Part shown: piece by piece, positions 1 through 13,462 of the stretch
Layout of the letters: each line of letters begins with the position of its first letter
How positions within the stretch are numbered: position 1 is the stretch's first letter
Source: Squalus acanthias
Taxonomy: Eukaryota
Direction of reading: 5' to 3'
Length of the DNA stretch: 64,000 bases
NCBI GenBank assembly: GCA_030390025.1
Contig: CM059425.1
Coordinates: forward strand, 177,508,001 to 177,572,000
Position numbers and translations under genes: made by a program
Notes under the pieces: generated by a model
What the model was told of the DNA's origin: nothing
Seen by the model: only the letters and a program-made list of their open reading frames with translations
Databases searched by the model: none

Positions 1-170
1 AATGATGCCAGCATTGAATTAACATGTTGCCAGCTTTCACAATAGTGCGATGTGATTATAAAGATGAAGTTAATCATGCAATTTCATTGTTTCTTATTGC
101 TTTTAATACCAGGAAACTGATTAACCAATTGCAACTTCACCATAGCAGAAGCTGACAATCAACATTCTAT

Positions 171-313
171 GATGCGGAGATGCCGGTGTTGGACTGGGGT
201 GGACAAATGTGAGAAGTCGCACAACACCAGGTTATAGTCCAACAGTTTTATTTGATTTCAAATGTGATTTCAAATAAAACTGTTGGACTATAACCTGGTG
301 TTGTGCGACTTCT
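171..313. mobile_element. Penelope-like element terminal-repeat (pLTR) fold-back insertion
   Basis: Inverted arms (AGAAGTCGCACAACACCAGGTTATAGTCCAACAG / CTGTTGGACTATAACCTGGTGTTGTGCGACTTCT) match the terminus of the GIY-YIG element at 54926-56240. Flanked by 10-bp direct repeat AACATTCTAT (161-170, 314-323). Confidence 0.75.
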
Positions 314-2139
314 AACATTCTATTAGATCATGGCTGATTTGTACCTCAACTCCATTTACCTGTCTTTGAGAAGTAGATGACTAATTTCAAAAACTTTTAC
401 ACTGCAAATTGGAGTACTATAAAATTGAAAATGATCCTAGATGCTGATTGTTATTCAATTCTGAATATAATCATGATTTATGGAGAATTAATAGTAAAAA
501 TGTAGTTGTAGATCCCCATTAGCTGTGATTATAACTCTGCTATTTCATATTACAAAGCTTTATTAACCATACAAAATGATTAGATGCTTAAGAAAATTAT
601 GTCTGCTTTCCATTCCCCCATGTAGTCTGCCCTAACCAGCACCCAACAGCAGCTGCTGTTTCTTTGAATTAATAGTTTATTACACTTAAAAGGAAAAGAA
701 TGTTAAAAATCACACGTTTGACCAATGTTTCTGCAGTATAGTGACAACACTCATCAGAGCCATTCCCTTATTGACACGTTCTATTATAGACCTTCCTCAA
801 ATAGCTTAGAGCAGATGCAAATGTTGGCATTCTGAAAATCTTTAGAGCAACACATTAAATTAGGATAAAGTTTTACATGCACGTTACACTACCACACTCA
901 AACACAACTACAAATTTAAATTTTTCAGAAAGATGCTGAAAAAGGCAATTCTTTATTTTTCTGTCATTTCAGTGCAGTTTGGAGAGCACTCAGCATTTTT
1001 TTTGTCATCTGCTATTTATAATATCATCTTTGGGATGGGGGAGGACAGGTGTATTCTGTACTATTACAGAGGCCTCGAGAGTAGGAATACGGCAAGAAAT
1101 ATAGCAACCATAGACAATGGTTTTTCAGTGTCTCGATGGATTCCTCTCTCCCAGATCACAAATAGACTCAGTAATATCTGCCCCGGGCTACACCCTGTGG
1201 TTGTGCCAGCTAATATTAAAAGTAAATAAATATGGTCCAATTGTTCTTTGATCAGCTTATGTCACAAATTCAGCTTTGGTGTTCAATATAATCTAGTCAC
1301 ATGGTTAGATGGTGTTGAAGCCACAAAGGCAGTTTATTGATATAAACACCTGTTCAGATATGTGCTACTCTGCAGCATCTCACTTGTTATTTAAACTACT
1401 CTTATCGCTAAACATGGCATCAACACCCCTCAGATCTAGTCTCATTATACTCAGTTAACAAACAGATGCTGCTACATATATAGAAACAGTAAGAGACGAT
1501 TGATCCAGAAAATGATACAGGAGGAGAAAATGGGTGAGGAAAAAAGGCAGAGCCATCTGTACTCCTGCTTTTAGAGGCCTATGGCTGTGGGTGGGACATT
1601 TTGCTCCAGTATCTTTAGCATTCATCAACCGAGGAGAGGAGCTGGTTCCAAACCCAGCCTCTGGCAATTAGACATTTTCTGTATCAAGCTGGCACCAGGC
1701 ATAATTCGCATCCATCGAGACAGATGGGTTCAAATTGCAACCTCATCCGCCTCCCATTGAAGATATTCATTCATCTGATACAATCCTCTCTGAAAACAAA
1801 CTGTTGAGTACTCTGATCTAAATTTGGAAACTTCTGACAAATCTATTAGTAACTCCGTATTAGATAATTTGAGAAGTCATATTTCTGCAAAGATCACGTT
1901 TAAAAAAACATCTCCAGGTCACTACAAAATAGGAGTTGAATTTTCAATTTTAGTGAATGGAGTGAAAGCTTAAGAAGCATCAATGTCTCGCGTCAGATGC
2001 ACAACTTGGGTGCTGTGTCCGATTGCTGCTTCGAGCTGTGTAATTCCCACTATAAAATGCCAATTACATATCTCTCTATGTCAAGATGCACTCTTTTCTG
2101 GAAAAGCAACATTTGGCCAGCCAGAATGCTAAACTCTAT

Positions 2140-2400
2140 GGAGTGTCACCTTGGTTCAGTGGTCACACTCTTACTGCAGTCAATAAGTTGCGGGGTTCAA
2201 CACTGCCCCCTCGCCCCCCCCAACTCCTTAGAATTTGAGCATGTAAAGTTCAGCTAACATACAAGTGCATTGCTAAAGGAGTGCTGCACTTTTAGAAATG
2301 TTGTAATTTTATTTGAGATGTTAAAGCAAGACCGTCTGCCAGTTCAGCCGGTGTAAAAGATCCCCAGGCACTTTTTCTAAAGAACCATCGAAGTTAACAG
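2140..2400 (+). mobile_element. Degenerate Deu-domain SINE fragment
   Basis: GGAGTGCTGCACT...GAGATGTTAAA...GTAAAAGATCCC resembles the Deu core seen more completely at 20958-21570. Confidence 0.5.
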
Positions 2401-3844
2401 CACTGAAGAAAGGGTACTTGACCCATCATGTCCATCAGCTTTTGCCAGCTGTAGTGCAGTGGAAAGGAAAACCAACCAACCAATCTGCTACACCCACCAC
2501 CACCCCCCCCCTTCTCTGTTTTACACCCCTGCCGCTGTTGAAAGTTCCACCATAATGTGTCATATATGCTATTCAGTTCACCAAGCTATCACATTTGATG
2601 TTAAAATGGTAAAGAGTGATGAAACTGATAATTCAAATGTTTATTGGCAGTAATTTGTATAACGATTCAATGAAACTTTGGACAACAGTTCAGAAGCAGA
2701 AGTATCAAATTTCTCCTTTGTATCTTTTATATTCCTCCTGCTTTGCCATCTTCCCTACCCTCAAACTAACGACATTGCTTTACATTCATGCATGTCAGGG
2801 AACACTTCATTCTAGCATAATTTCTGCCATTTAACCATCTCCTATTTGGCATGCAAGCACTTTATAGGCCATTATCTTTCTGTTTTCCTTGTGTGGTTAT
2901 TTTATTTAATCTCCTACTGCCTTCCTCTTGGTCTGTTCTTGTTAAATGCAGTCATATCTATAACTCAGTTGGGAGGAAGGGCCCATACCCAAAATATCTT
3001 GTCTGCTCTCCCCACAGATGCTGCCTGACCTGCTGTTTCCAGCACTTTGTTTTTGTTTCTGAATTTGATCGATTTGCAGATGCAAATTCTTTAAAGGGTA
3101 GGATAATTTGCAGTATTGTGTCCTTATGAGTGGCCATTTAAAATTTTCATGATGCATTGTGCTTAATATAATTGCTCAGCTAAAAAGCTTTGATTTGCCT
3201 CAGTTGCATCCCCATTAGGGGAGCTACAACTGAATTCCTCGTCATTTAATTCGCACTAGCTGATCTCCCATAGCAATGCTCGTGGTTGTCTGGATCTAGA
3301 GCAGCGAATGTATACTCCCTGTGGAGAAGTAGACTAAATCAGTCCAGATGTCAAATGGAGGTTAAACTGCTTGGCTCTTTAATTGTTATCTCAACAGCTG
3401 CTCCAGGTTATCTCAAGGCCAGAAAAATAAAAGGCAATAAATAGGCTTGGTGCTCTTTTTGTAAAGAATGTATAAGACAGACAAATCACAACCAAAGTGT
3501 GATGACTGAATCTTGATGGATACACTCAAAATGTTTCTATAAATGGATTTATAGGCAATACTAGGATTCAGAAAGACGTCAATGATTTACATTTAACTGC
3601 ATTTATTTTACAACACTGCCACCACAGACATGCCCGAAGCAATCAGCAGCCCTCTTTAAACATCCACCAAAAGGTTTTACATCTTGTTGGCAAACATACA
3701 GGATGCTGCATATCACCATCTTTTCCTCTGGAGGCAGACTAAGCGATCACTCATCTATACAGGCCCACAATGTGTTTCTGCATGGCCTTCACCATTGCAG
3801 ACCTTCACCATCTGCTCCTTCCAGGAAAGGTTCTGGTCACAAAA

Positions 3845-4050
3845 TGCACAAAGAATCATAGAATGCTACTGCACAAAAGAAGTAATTTGACTCATCAAGT
3901 CTGCACTGGTGTATTTTTCCACAAGCAACCTCCCATTTAGTCCTCTTTTTCAAGCAACTATTTAATTCCCTTTTAAAATAATTTCTCCACACTGCTTCAA
4001 TGGTTTGTGGCAGAGAATTCCAAATTCTAATCACCCTCTATGTAAAGGAT
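3845..4050 (-). mobile_element. Degenerate CR1 LINE 3' end
   Basis: Minus-strand ORF IRIWNSLPQ..EA...FKREL matches the CR1 ORF2 C-terminus. Confidence 0.6.
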
Positions 4051-4349
4051 GTTTTTGTGTAACCCCTTTCATTTTTTTTGCAATTATCCTAAATTGCATG
4101 ACCCCCAAACCCAGAAGTGCAAGGCCACCTCCAGCCCTTGAGGCCTGCACTGAAGAACAGCAGCCGGCCACCATACTTGCTCCTCCTACTTATGGAACGT
4201 GGACATACCTGTAAATTGCTTTCCTTTGACATCCTGAATTGTAAACAAATTCAGAGTACCAGGAGGTGAAACACTATGTAGAATCGCTTCAAATAGAAGT
4301 GGATCTGCAATCTAAATGTATTAGATTATGGGAAGTTGGTTTATATGTT

Positions 4350-6220
4350 GCCTCAACGATTTACAATCTACATTAATAACTTGGATGAAGGGACCGAGTG
4401 TAATGTAGCCAAGTTTGCGGATGATACAAAGATGGGTGGGAAAGCAAGTTGTGCAGAGGACTCAAAGAATCTGCAAAGGGATATAGACAGGCTAAGTGAG
4501 TGGGCAAACATTCGGCAGATGGAGTTTAATGTGGGAAAGTGCGAGGTTACACACTTTGGCAGGAAAAATAAAAGCGCAAATTATTTAAAATGGAGATTAC
4601 AAAATGCTACAGTTCAGAGGGACCTGGGGGTCCTTGTGCCTGAAAAACAAAAAGTTAGCATGCAGGTACAGCAAGTAATCAAAAAGGCAAATGGAATGTT
4701 GGCCTTTATTTCAAGGGGGTTGGAGTATAAAAACAGGGAAGTCCTGCTACAACTGTACAGGGTATTGGTGAGACCACACCTTGAGTACTGCATACAGTTT
4801 TGGTCTCCTTATTTAAGGAAGGATATACTTGCATTGGAGGCAGTTCAGAGACGATTCACTAGGTTTATTCCAGAGATGAGGGGGTTGACTGGGTGGGCGT
4901 GTGTGTTGTGAGGATGCAGAGAAACTCCAGTATGATTTGGACAAGTTGGGTGATTGGGTAGATGCATGGCAGATGCAGTATAATGTGGATAAATGCGAGT
5001 TATCCACTTTGGTGGCAAAAACAGGAAGGCAGATTATCTGAACGGCAATAGATTGGGAAAAGGGGAAGTGCAACGAGACCTGGGAGTCCTTGTGCACCAG
5101 TCGTTGAAGGGAAGCATGCAGGTACAGCAGGCGGTTAAGAAGGCAAATGGTATGTTGGCCTTCATAGCAAGAGGATTCGAGTACAGGAGCAAGGATGTCT
5201 TGCTGCAGTTGTACAGGGCCTTGGTGAGACCACACCTTGATTATTGTGTGCAGTTTTGGTCGCCTTATCTGAGGAAGGATGTTCTTGCCATGGAGGGAGT
5301 GCAGCAAAGATTCACCAGACTGATACCTGGGATGGCAGGAATGACGTATGAAGAGAGATTGGGACGATTGGGCTTGTATTTGCTAGAGTTTAGAAGAATG
5401 AGAAGGGATCTCATTGAAACTTATAAAATTCTAACAGGGCTAGACAGACTAGATGCAGGAAGGATGTTCCCGATGGCGGGGGAGTCACAGTCTAAGGATA
5501 AGGGGTAAGCCATTTAGGACTGAGATGAGGAGGAATTTCTTCACCCAGAGAGTGGTGAACCTGTGGAATTCTCTACCACAGAAGGCAGTTGAGGCCAATT
5601 CATTAAATATATTCAAGAAGGAGTTAGATATATTTCTTAAGGCTAAAGGGATCAAGGGATTTGGGGAGAAAGCAGGGACAGGGTACTGAATTTGGATGAT
5701 CAGCCATGATTTCATTAAATGGCGGAGCAGGCTCGAGGGGCCGAATGGCCTACTCCTGCACCTATCTTCTATGTTTCTGTTATGAGGAAAGGTTGAGCAG
5801 GCTGGGCCTATACTCTTTGGAATTTAGAAGAATGAGAGGTGATCTTATTGAAACAGAAGATACTGAGGGGGGCTCGACAAGGTAGATGCAGAGAGGATGT
5901 TTTCCCCTCGTGGGGAAATCTAGAACTCGGGGGCAGTTTTAGAATAAAGGGTCGCCCTTTTAGAACCGAGATGAGGAGGAATTTCTTCTCTGAGGGTCGT
6001 AAATCTGTGGAATTCTCTGCCCCAGAGAGCTGTGGAGGCTGGGTCATTAAATACATTTAAGGTGGGGATAGACAGATTTTTGCAAGATAAGGGAGTGAAG
6101 GGTTATGGAGAGCAGGCGGGGAAGTGGTTTTGAGCCCAAGATCAGCCATGATCTTATTGAATGGCGGAGCAGGCTTGAGGGGCCAAGTGGCCTATTCCTG
6201 CTCCTATTTCTTATGTTCTT
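4350..6220 (+). mobile_element. CR1 LINE 3' fragment (RT C-terminus plus 3' UTR), interrupted by a younger CR1 at ~4889-5780
   Basis: FTIYINNLD...KFADDTK, YRVLVRPHLEYCIQFWSP; the sequence resumes at ~5781 (TATGAGGAAAGG) and ends in a TTCTTATGTTCTT tail. Confidence 0.85.
4889..5780 (+). mobile_element. Young 5'-truncated CR1 LINE nested in an older CR1
   Basis: QRDLGVLVHQSLK...RPHLDYCVQFWSP...RRNFFTQRVVNLWNSLP; near-identical to the copy at 21570-22567. Confidence 0.9.
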
Positions 6221-7864
6221 ATTCAGCTGAGTGCTATTGACTGCATCAGCAATGAACAGAGGTCATACAGATCACTTTGTAAATATGTGCCTATTTAGGG
6301 GTGAAGAGGTTTATTTTCCATTTCTAATGTCAAGCCAGACCGTGTACCATACCTTCATTATGGGCTGGCAAACAGATCTGCTCTCTGGCTACTGCACCAA
6401 GGCTCTTGAGCAACCAAATAGCGAGTAAGGAGGGCGATTCACCACCCGCCTTTGAAGAAAATCATCCAGCATCCACCCTCCTGAATAACGTGTATAGGCA
6501 ACTGTGGCAGAGTGTTGAAAAACCAATTCCCAATACCACTGAAGTGATGTTTCTATCTTACTTGAAGATGCCCAGTCAAAATCTGATCCAAAATTTTAAA
6601 ATTAAATCTTTTCTGCAAAATCAAATATTCAGTGAGGAAAGCAATGACACTAAAGTGAACAAACCTTTTCAGCAGAAAGACAGACTCAAGGTCCATTGAT
6701 TTCTATTATATTCCAGGTGTTTGATAGTTCAATTTTGACTTTTGCATCCTCACATATTGAACATTGTATGCAAGGGCTCCATGGTTTGAAATGTTTATAT
6801 TTCTTATTTGGGCAGAACGTAAAGCCAACTAGTAAACAGAGGTAGCCCTTTTTAATTCTACTGGAATCATGCCAGTTTTGAAAGGAAATAAACTGATGAA
6901 GCAAATCTGGCAGGTTATTGAAATAATGTTAAATTGAATACGGTGGAAAGCCACCTTGAATTCCACACGAGGAACAGAGTTTTCAAATAGAAGTATGTAC
7001 GTACAAGACACAGTGAATAAGTATGATGTGAATAATTTTTGTTGTTGCACATCATAAAATGTATTGAATTTAAAAAGATTTTCCTTTACCCAAAGGAACC
7101 CTCCACACAAGTACATCAATTAATTTAAATGATCAGGGCCATCCTGAAAAACAAATTCCCAGGTATGGCAATCTACTATATTGATGTACAGATAAGACTG
7201 AGTGAAATAATCTTTTTGCCTACAGCTTATAAACAGGCACTCCACTTCTGAAAGCATCAAAGGCTTCTCCAACTTACTGTACAAGAATGTCACATTGATG
7301 TTGATACTTGATCAAACTAAGTGGAGGTTTAGTCAGTAAAACAGCAAGGCAAGAAGACAACATCAAATGTACCAGAAGTTTAGCAGACCTAGTACCGATT
7401 GTACCATTATGGAAAGAAAGAAATGACAGTTGTACACCGTCACAAACTGTAAATTTGCTTCTCTTTTCGAATTAAAAATATACTCCAGTACCAACAAATC
7501 TGGGTACGTGTAGTATTATCTTCATTCAAAAAGTTGCTAACAGAAAATTGTACAGATGTAAATTTTGTTTTTTGCTGACTTATCATTGCTCATTGCATGG
7601 TAGAGATGCTGCATTTTGTTTATTTTAAAAGGACAGTTGTTACGGAAAATTGTTCGGAGTATCATTCCAAGTACGTTATTGCAATTAAAGATAACAGACT
7701 GTTTAAAACAATGAATGTGTTTTGTGGGATATTTATTCTTCCCCCGCCAAGGGAAGATCCTGAGTTGGGGGTATGGCCTGTATCAATGTCAATGCAGTAT
7801 TTTCCAAGCAAACTACTTTAGAGTCCAGTATTCCATTACTCTCCATCCATACATAAACAGAAGA

Positions 7865-8490
7865 CCGCCTACTTCCACCTCCGTAACATTGACCAACTCC
7901 ACCCCTGCCTCAGCTCATCTGCTGCTGAAACCCTCATCCATGCCTTTGTTACCTCGAGATTTGACTGTTCCAACGCTCGCGTGGTCGGTTTCCCATCTTC
8001 CACCCTCCATAAACTTGAGCTCATCCAAAACTCGGCTGCCCGTGTTCTAACACGCACCAAGTCCTGTTCAGCCACCACCCCTGTGCTCGCTGACCTACAT
8101 TGGCTCCCAGTCCAGCAATGCCTCAATTACAAAATTCTCATTCTTGTTTTCAAATCCCCCCATGGCCTCACCTCTCCCATCTCTGTAACTTCCTCCAGAT
8201 CCTACAACCCTCCCGAGATCTCTGCACTCCTCCAATTCTGGCCTTTTGTACATCCCCCATTTTAATCACTCCACCATTGGCACCCATGCATTCAGCTGCC
8301 TAGGCCCTAAACTCTGGAATTCCCTCCCTAAACCTCTCTCTCCTCCTTTAAGACGTGCCGTAAAACCTACCTTTTTGACCAAGCTTTGTCATCTATCCCA
8401 ATATCTCATGTGGCTCAATTTTGTTTGATAACTATCCTGTGACACGTCTTATGACGTTTTACGTGTTAAAGGTGCTATATAAATGAAGTT
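7865..8490 (+). mobile_element. L2 (LINE2-clade) 3' fragment
   Basis: YFHLRNI, AETLIHAFVTSR, LELIQNSAARVLT, LADLHWLPV and AFSCLGPKLWNSLP motifs; tail AAAGGTGCTATATAAATG. Confidence 0.85.
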
Positions 8491-10650
8491 ATTGCTGGGA
8501 ATTTTAATTTATTTTTAAACTGACAACTTTGATAACTATATGTACACTTGCATGGTAATTATCTGATTGCATGAAGAGAGTGAGGAACCTCACCTGCCAC
8601 TAATAAAACAGAAAATCACCAGCGCAATGCCTATGATTTTTCATATACACTTGCCCCGAGTTGAGATTCCCCACTGCTGGCACATACTCAGTTTGCAGTA
8701 AAATCCATCACTTCTATGCTTATTCAAGACTTTTCAGAACTGGAGTCAGATGCACAATTTTATCATTTTTTTATTGTCCAATTTCACAGAGTTTGTATCT
8801 TACATTTACGGATAACCTTACCAAAGCAGATTTACATTTCGATGCCTGAAAACTGAATGAAACTGAATAGTGAGTAGGATCCATGTGGTTAGTGGTTTAA
8901 GCTACAAGACATGATATAAACACAAAATGCACAATGTTTATCGATACAATGTCTTGTATTTCAATAATTTATGCATTTGTAACAAATCCTGTGTTTTCAT
9001 TCATACAAAATAAAATTAAGCACTCATTGCTTCAGAATTTACAGTGCAATATGAACATTTTTAATTAAATGGAACAAACTACAGTTTTTAACATAAGAAC
9101 TTATCCTAAGTACGCATTTTAAACAGTTACTATTCTATTAGAAGTACTAATCAGGCTTGTAATTCTGGCAGATGTACTGCCACAATAGGTTTTATAGTTG
9201 AGAAGTCAGCTTGCACGATTTATAGCATACAACAAATGTCCATTGGTGTACAAGCCACTCAAACTGTCATGGGTGCCAAGAAAAACTGTAAGGCCAAACC
9301 TTTATGATTATTTAAGTGGGCAATCACATTACTGTTACATATAGGGAAATTACAGAAAAAAAATCAAATCATTACCTGGGCAGCATTAAAACCTACAAGT
9401 CTTAAGCACAATCAATAGAAAGAAAACAAAAGACCAGACAAAAACAAAATAAAGCTCCCATTGTTTTCCAATTGGAACGACAACATTTATCACTGACCTG
9501 CCACCGAAATTTGGAGAGTTTGTGAAACAGTGCTAATGCATTTGTTTATATTTAATATCCATTGATTAGTTTTAAAAATATTTTGATTTCTGCCCTCTCT
9601 TTAAAGAAACCAACAAGTCTTATAAAGGCTTGACCCTAAATAAAATATATTTTTATCAGTTCCGCTCAGCCAATGTGAAACATGCCATGGACAATTTACT
9701 GTTATCTCCTTTATACTTCTAAGCAGAAAGAAATTTACACCCTGGCATATACAATAATCCCAAATTCCTCTTTTAATCCTCACTGGTTTGATTTACTCAA
9801 CACTTGGTAATTTCATACAAGAAACATGTACACAAAACAAACAAGCTTTCACAAAACCAAAGTGAAGACCAGAAAGTTTATTATAAAACAATATCTTACC
9901 TTGAAAATCACGTTTTTCAAGTTATCAACCTTTTAAAATGGCTGTTCCACCGTAGACATAACTATATTAGAAAACCTTGAAAATTTATGGGGTATCTTAA
10001 AATAGGTAAAACATTTACATGCTGTAACCTGGCTAGATTTATTTTGAAATACTGTCATGTGTGCACATCCAATGAAAAAGATACAAAAATTGCTTCTCAA
10101 AGCAAAGAACAGTATGCTTAAGAACTGTCACAGTATTTCTATTGTTACATCACTTTAACAATCAAAACAAATGAAGTGACAATTCAGTGTGATTGCTGCT
10201 TGTTTAAGGTCTCAAACACCTGGATGCCTAACAGACGAGATCAGTGATCTGAGGCTGGTTGGGCTTTAAATTAGTTTGGATGTCTTGAAAACACCCCGAG
10301 AATCATATTTTCACTGATATGATTGCAAGGGATGAGATGCATCACTTATTGCTATGTTCAAAAAGAAGTGTGAGCTATGAATCATTTAACAAACAAAATT
10401 AACTACCAATGGCTTTGCCCCCTAGTGGACAGAGCCTGTGATGCAGATATCTGTTGGACATCCAGTTGTAGCAAAATTACAACATTTTAATCTGAATATT
10501 TGCTCTGGTGAATAATCCAAAGTGATGAGAAAATCAGTTCAATGAGGATTTTAATCTTAACAGCTTTCCTGGACCTAATCCTCAAACAAACAAGTCACTG
10601 AACTGAAAACTGTTAGGTACTGCTTAGACCTTGTGTGCCATGGCTACTCG

Positions 10651-10887
10651 TTATGAACCAACACGTGTTGAAGTGGTTCTTTTGTCTGAGAAGAAGCTCC
10701 TGAGGAGAACCACCTGGCCAAGACTCACAACCAACAAGATGAGAGCTTCTCCCACCGACCAAAAAGCGACCCTCGAGTTCAGGTCCTCAGCACGACTTCG
10801 TCCTTGTGCTTCCCTTAGACGGAAATGGGTTTGATAATCAATGACCGACTTCATGGCTTCGTGCATTGTGACACAAGCTGACTCCAT
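10651..10887 (-). CDS. TMED7: TMED7 (p24 gamma family) coding exon 3: coiled coil, TM and cytoplasmic tail
   Basis: [47 protein letters not shown]...[20 protein letters not shown] acceptor at 10889-10888. Confidence 0.97.
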   Translation of the reverse strand: MESACVTMHEAMKSVIDYQTHFRLREAQGRSRAEDLNSRVAFWSVGEALILLVVSLGQVVLLRSFFSDKRTTSTRVGS

Positions 10888-11988
10888 CTGGTTTTAAAAA
10901 AAAGTAAAGTGTAAATATTGTGAACAAAATAGAGAATTTTAATTCCAAAGGAAGAAAAATAACTTGCATTTATAACACCAAAATCCCATAAAAGGTACAC
11001 CAAGTACAGTGCATCAACCGTGCCCAAAATGTCACTCACCTCAAGAAATAATTAGTAGCAAAAAGATTGCACAAAGTTTTGCCATATTTGTTATCACAAA
11101 TTGTAGTTAAACTTGAACCTCTTGCCCGTTAAATTCTTTTTACACAGCTACTAAGATTTAGTTTTTTTCCCAATGTATTCTCAATTCGTAATCAAAAGAT
11201 GCACCATTCTTTGAGTATATCCACAATTTAAACACGTTTGTCTCAGCATCATATGCTAAAGTTTTTCCCATTGAATTTTGGATTTGCCACACCTTGTCCC
11301 GTCCCACACCAAAGCACAGCTGTGCAAATAGAAGTATGTCAACAGGGTGGGAAGAATTGCTTTAAAAACCTTATTTTAGGTCCAATTATATGCTTATAAT
11401 TATAGGTGTATCATAGACCAAAGAACAGTCAATGAAAATAAGTATCCATAACATCTAATTTGTGATTATCTTTCTAAATAAAATCATCTCCTCCCATTCT
11501 ATAACCACATAGTATTTGCTGAAACTATGGCAGGCAATCTGTTCCTAAAGTTCTGCCAGTAGCAAATTACTATTCCATTCACCTGACGTCTGCAAGTAGT
11601 TTTAGGGTGTTAGCATGTTAGATCAGTCACATGGCAACACACTGGTACACATTGCAGTAAAATTCCAAAGGGCTATCTGATGGCAGCTGTATATGAATAT
11701 GCAAGATTACTTTTAAAACTTAATGACTAAGGTTTGCCTACATTAGTCATCGTATACAAAGTCATTAATTGTCTGAGAAATGCTTTTAAGATGCTTGAGA
11801 GAATAAGGCAAAAATGTAATGTATTTTTTATAACCCAAGAACCTACTACTGGAAACACAACACTGATCTTTGAGAATATTGCAAAATAAACATGTCTAAA
11901 GGATTACATGCTCACTGGAGGTATATACTGTACAATTCAATTGCAAATGCTCTAAAGCAGTTGTATTTTGAAACTACAAAGGACACAA

Positions 11989-12552
11989 GGGCCTCGATAT
12001 TTACTGGGGTGGGACGAAGGAGTCATGGTCTGAACAGTGTGGAGTTGTAACTCCATGGCTTGCGTGTTTTACAGGACAGGGGGTGATCAGGCAGGGGGGG
12101 GTGGGGGGAAGAAAGAGGGGGAAATTGGGGGCCGAGGACCGCAGGCCGAAGGGATGGGAGGGGGGAGGTCGGGACCACTGGGGAAGGGGGGTTGTTTACA
12201 GGTAAGCTTGTTGGGCCTGGAGGAAACACTCCTGCTCCTCTTGGCCCACAAGCAGTGCTGTTAAGCCTAATGGATCCATCCTTGCCTCCTTTTACCTGCC
12301 AGGTTTTCCAAGGTCCGAGAAACCCAGCCAGCATGGGTTAAAAACAGAAACACTTAAAATGGAGGCTCACAGCTTCCTTAAAAAGGTTTCAAGGACCAAC
12401 CCACCTTCCGAGAACGGATTGGTCTCCCACACCTCACTCTGCCTCCATTAAAACGGGAAGTGGGCGTTTGGGTTCCTGTTTCAGACTTCCAACGTTTTAA
12501 CTTCCCACCCGACCCAAACCCACCCATTTTATGGGGGGTTAAAATTGCTCCC
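11989..12552. mobile_element. Non-autonomous PIF/Harbinger-type MITE
   Basis: Imperfect TIRs GGGCCTCGATATTTAC / GTTAAAATTGCTCCC with a 3-bp CAA/AAG duplication. Internal sequence is shared with the repeat flanking the LTR element (37716-37915). Confidence 0.6.
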
Positions 12553-12653
12553 AAGATTTCCAAATGGTTACGAGCAAACCTAAATCAGCACAGTTCTTCA
12601 CATAACAGTGCATGTGAAATCACATTAACAAAGACAGTGATGTGTATTATTTA

Positions 12654-12962
12654 ACAGAAAATGCTGGAAATACTCAGCAGGTCAGGCGGCATCTGTGGAG
12701 AAAGAAACGGAGCTAACGTTTCAAGTCGATGACCTTTCATCAGAATTGGAACAAGTTAGAGATGGAACATCCCCTTTTCCCTGCCTCTGTACTTGCTTGA
12801 AACCTGTTACATCTCTAACTTTTTCCAGTTCTGACGAAAGGTCATCGACCTGGAACGTTAACTCTGTTTCTCTCTCCACAGTTGCTGCCTGACCTGCTGA
12901 GTATTTCCAGCATTTTCTGTTTTTATTTCAGATTTCCAGCATCTGCAGTATTTTGCTTTTGT
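12654..12962. repeat. Fold-back (long inverted repeat) short element with hammerhead-like cores, probably Penelope-derived
   Basis: AACAGAAAATGCTGGAAATACTCAGCAGGTCAGGC... is inverted as ...GCCTGACCTGCTGAGTATTTCCAGCATTTTCTGTT; arms contain CTGATGA-hairpin-GAAAC. Related pieces at ~3000-3060 and 41150-46490. Confidence 0.75.
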
Positions 12963-13216
12963 AGAAGTGTATTATTTTGTCTGCATTAACAAATCACACC
13001 ATTCACGTTTTGTTGTACGAGGTTGTTTGCCACATCAAAATTTTTCATGACAAATATACAGTTGAATTTGGCAGTATTTTTGAAACTTTATAGCGGACTA
13101 GGTCAAATTGAAAGCATAAAATATATTGCTAAATCTTTAAGACTATTACTCTGCATGCAACCTGAAAAGGAATCTATTAAAAATGTGCATAAATCCTATG
13201 CTTTAGTACTTCGTAC

Positions 13217-13462
13217 CTGAGTCAGTGCGGAGACTCTGTTTTCATTGGGAAACAAAGGAGGGTCGTCCCCAACCTGGAAATCGAAATACACGGTTTTGTG
13301 TGTGAAGGTGGAAAACTCGTTGCTAAAACAGAACTTATAAGTTCCATTTTTTGCAGCTGTGAAGGTGAAACTGTCGTACTGTTTCTTCATCTCCTTGTAC
13401 AAAACTGCACCATCAGCATCTTCCAACCGACAGTCTACATCATAATGACCACCGGTAATGAC
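13217..13462 (-). CDS. TMED7: TMED7 coding exon 2 (GOLD domain)
   Basis: [15 protein letters not shown]...[60 protein letters not shown] boundaries, 246 nt, phase 0. Confidence 0.97.

Noticed and set aside
330..4340. Short ORFs downstream of TMED7 checked for a neighbouring gene
   Set aside because: No recognisable protein or consistent exon structure.
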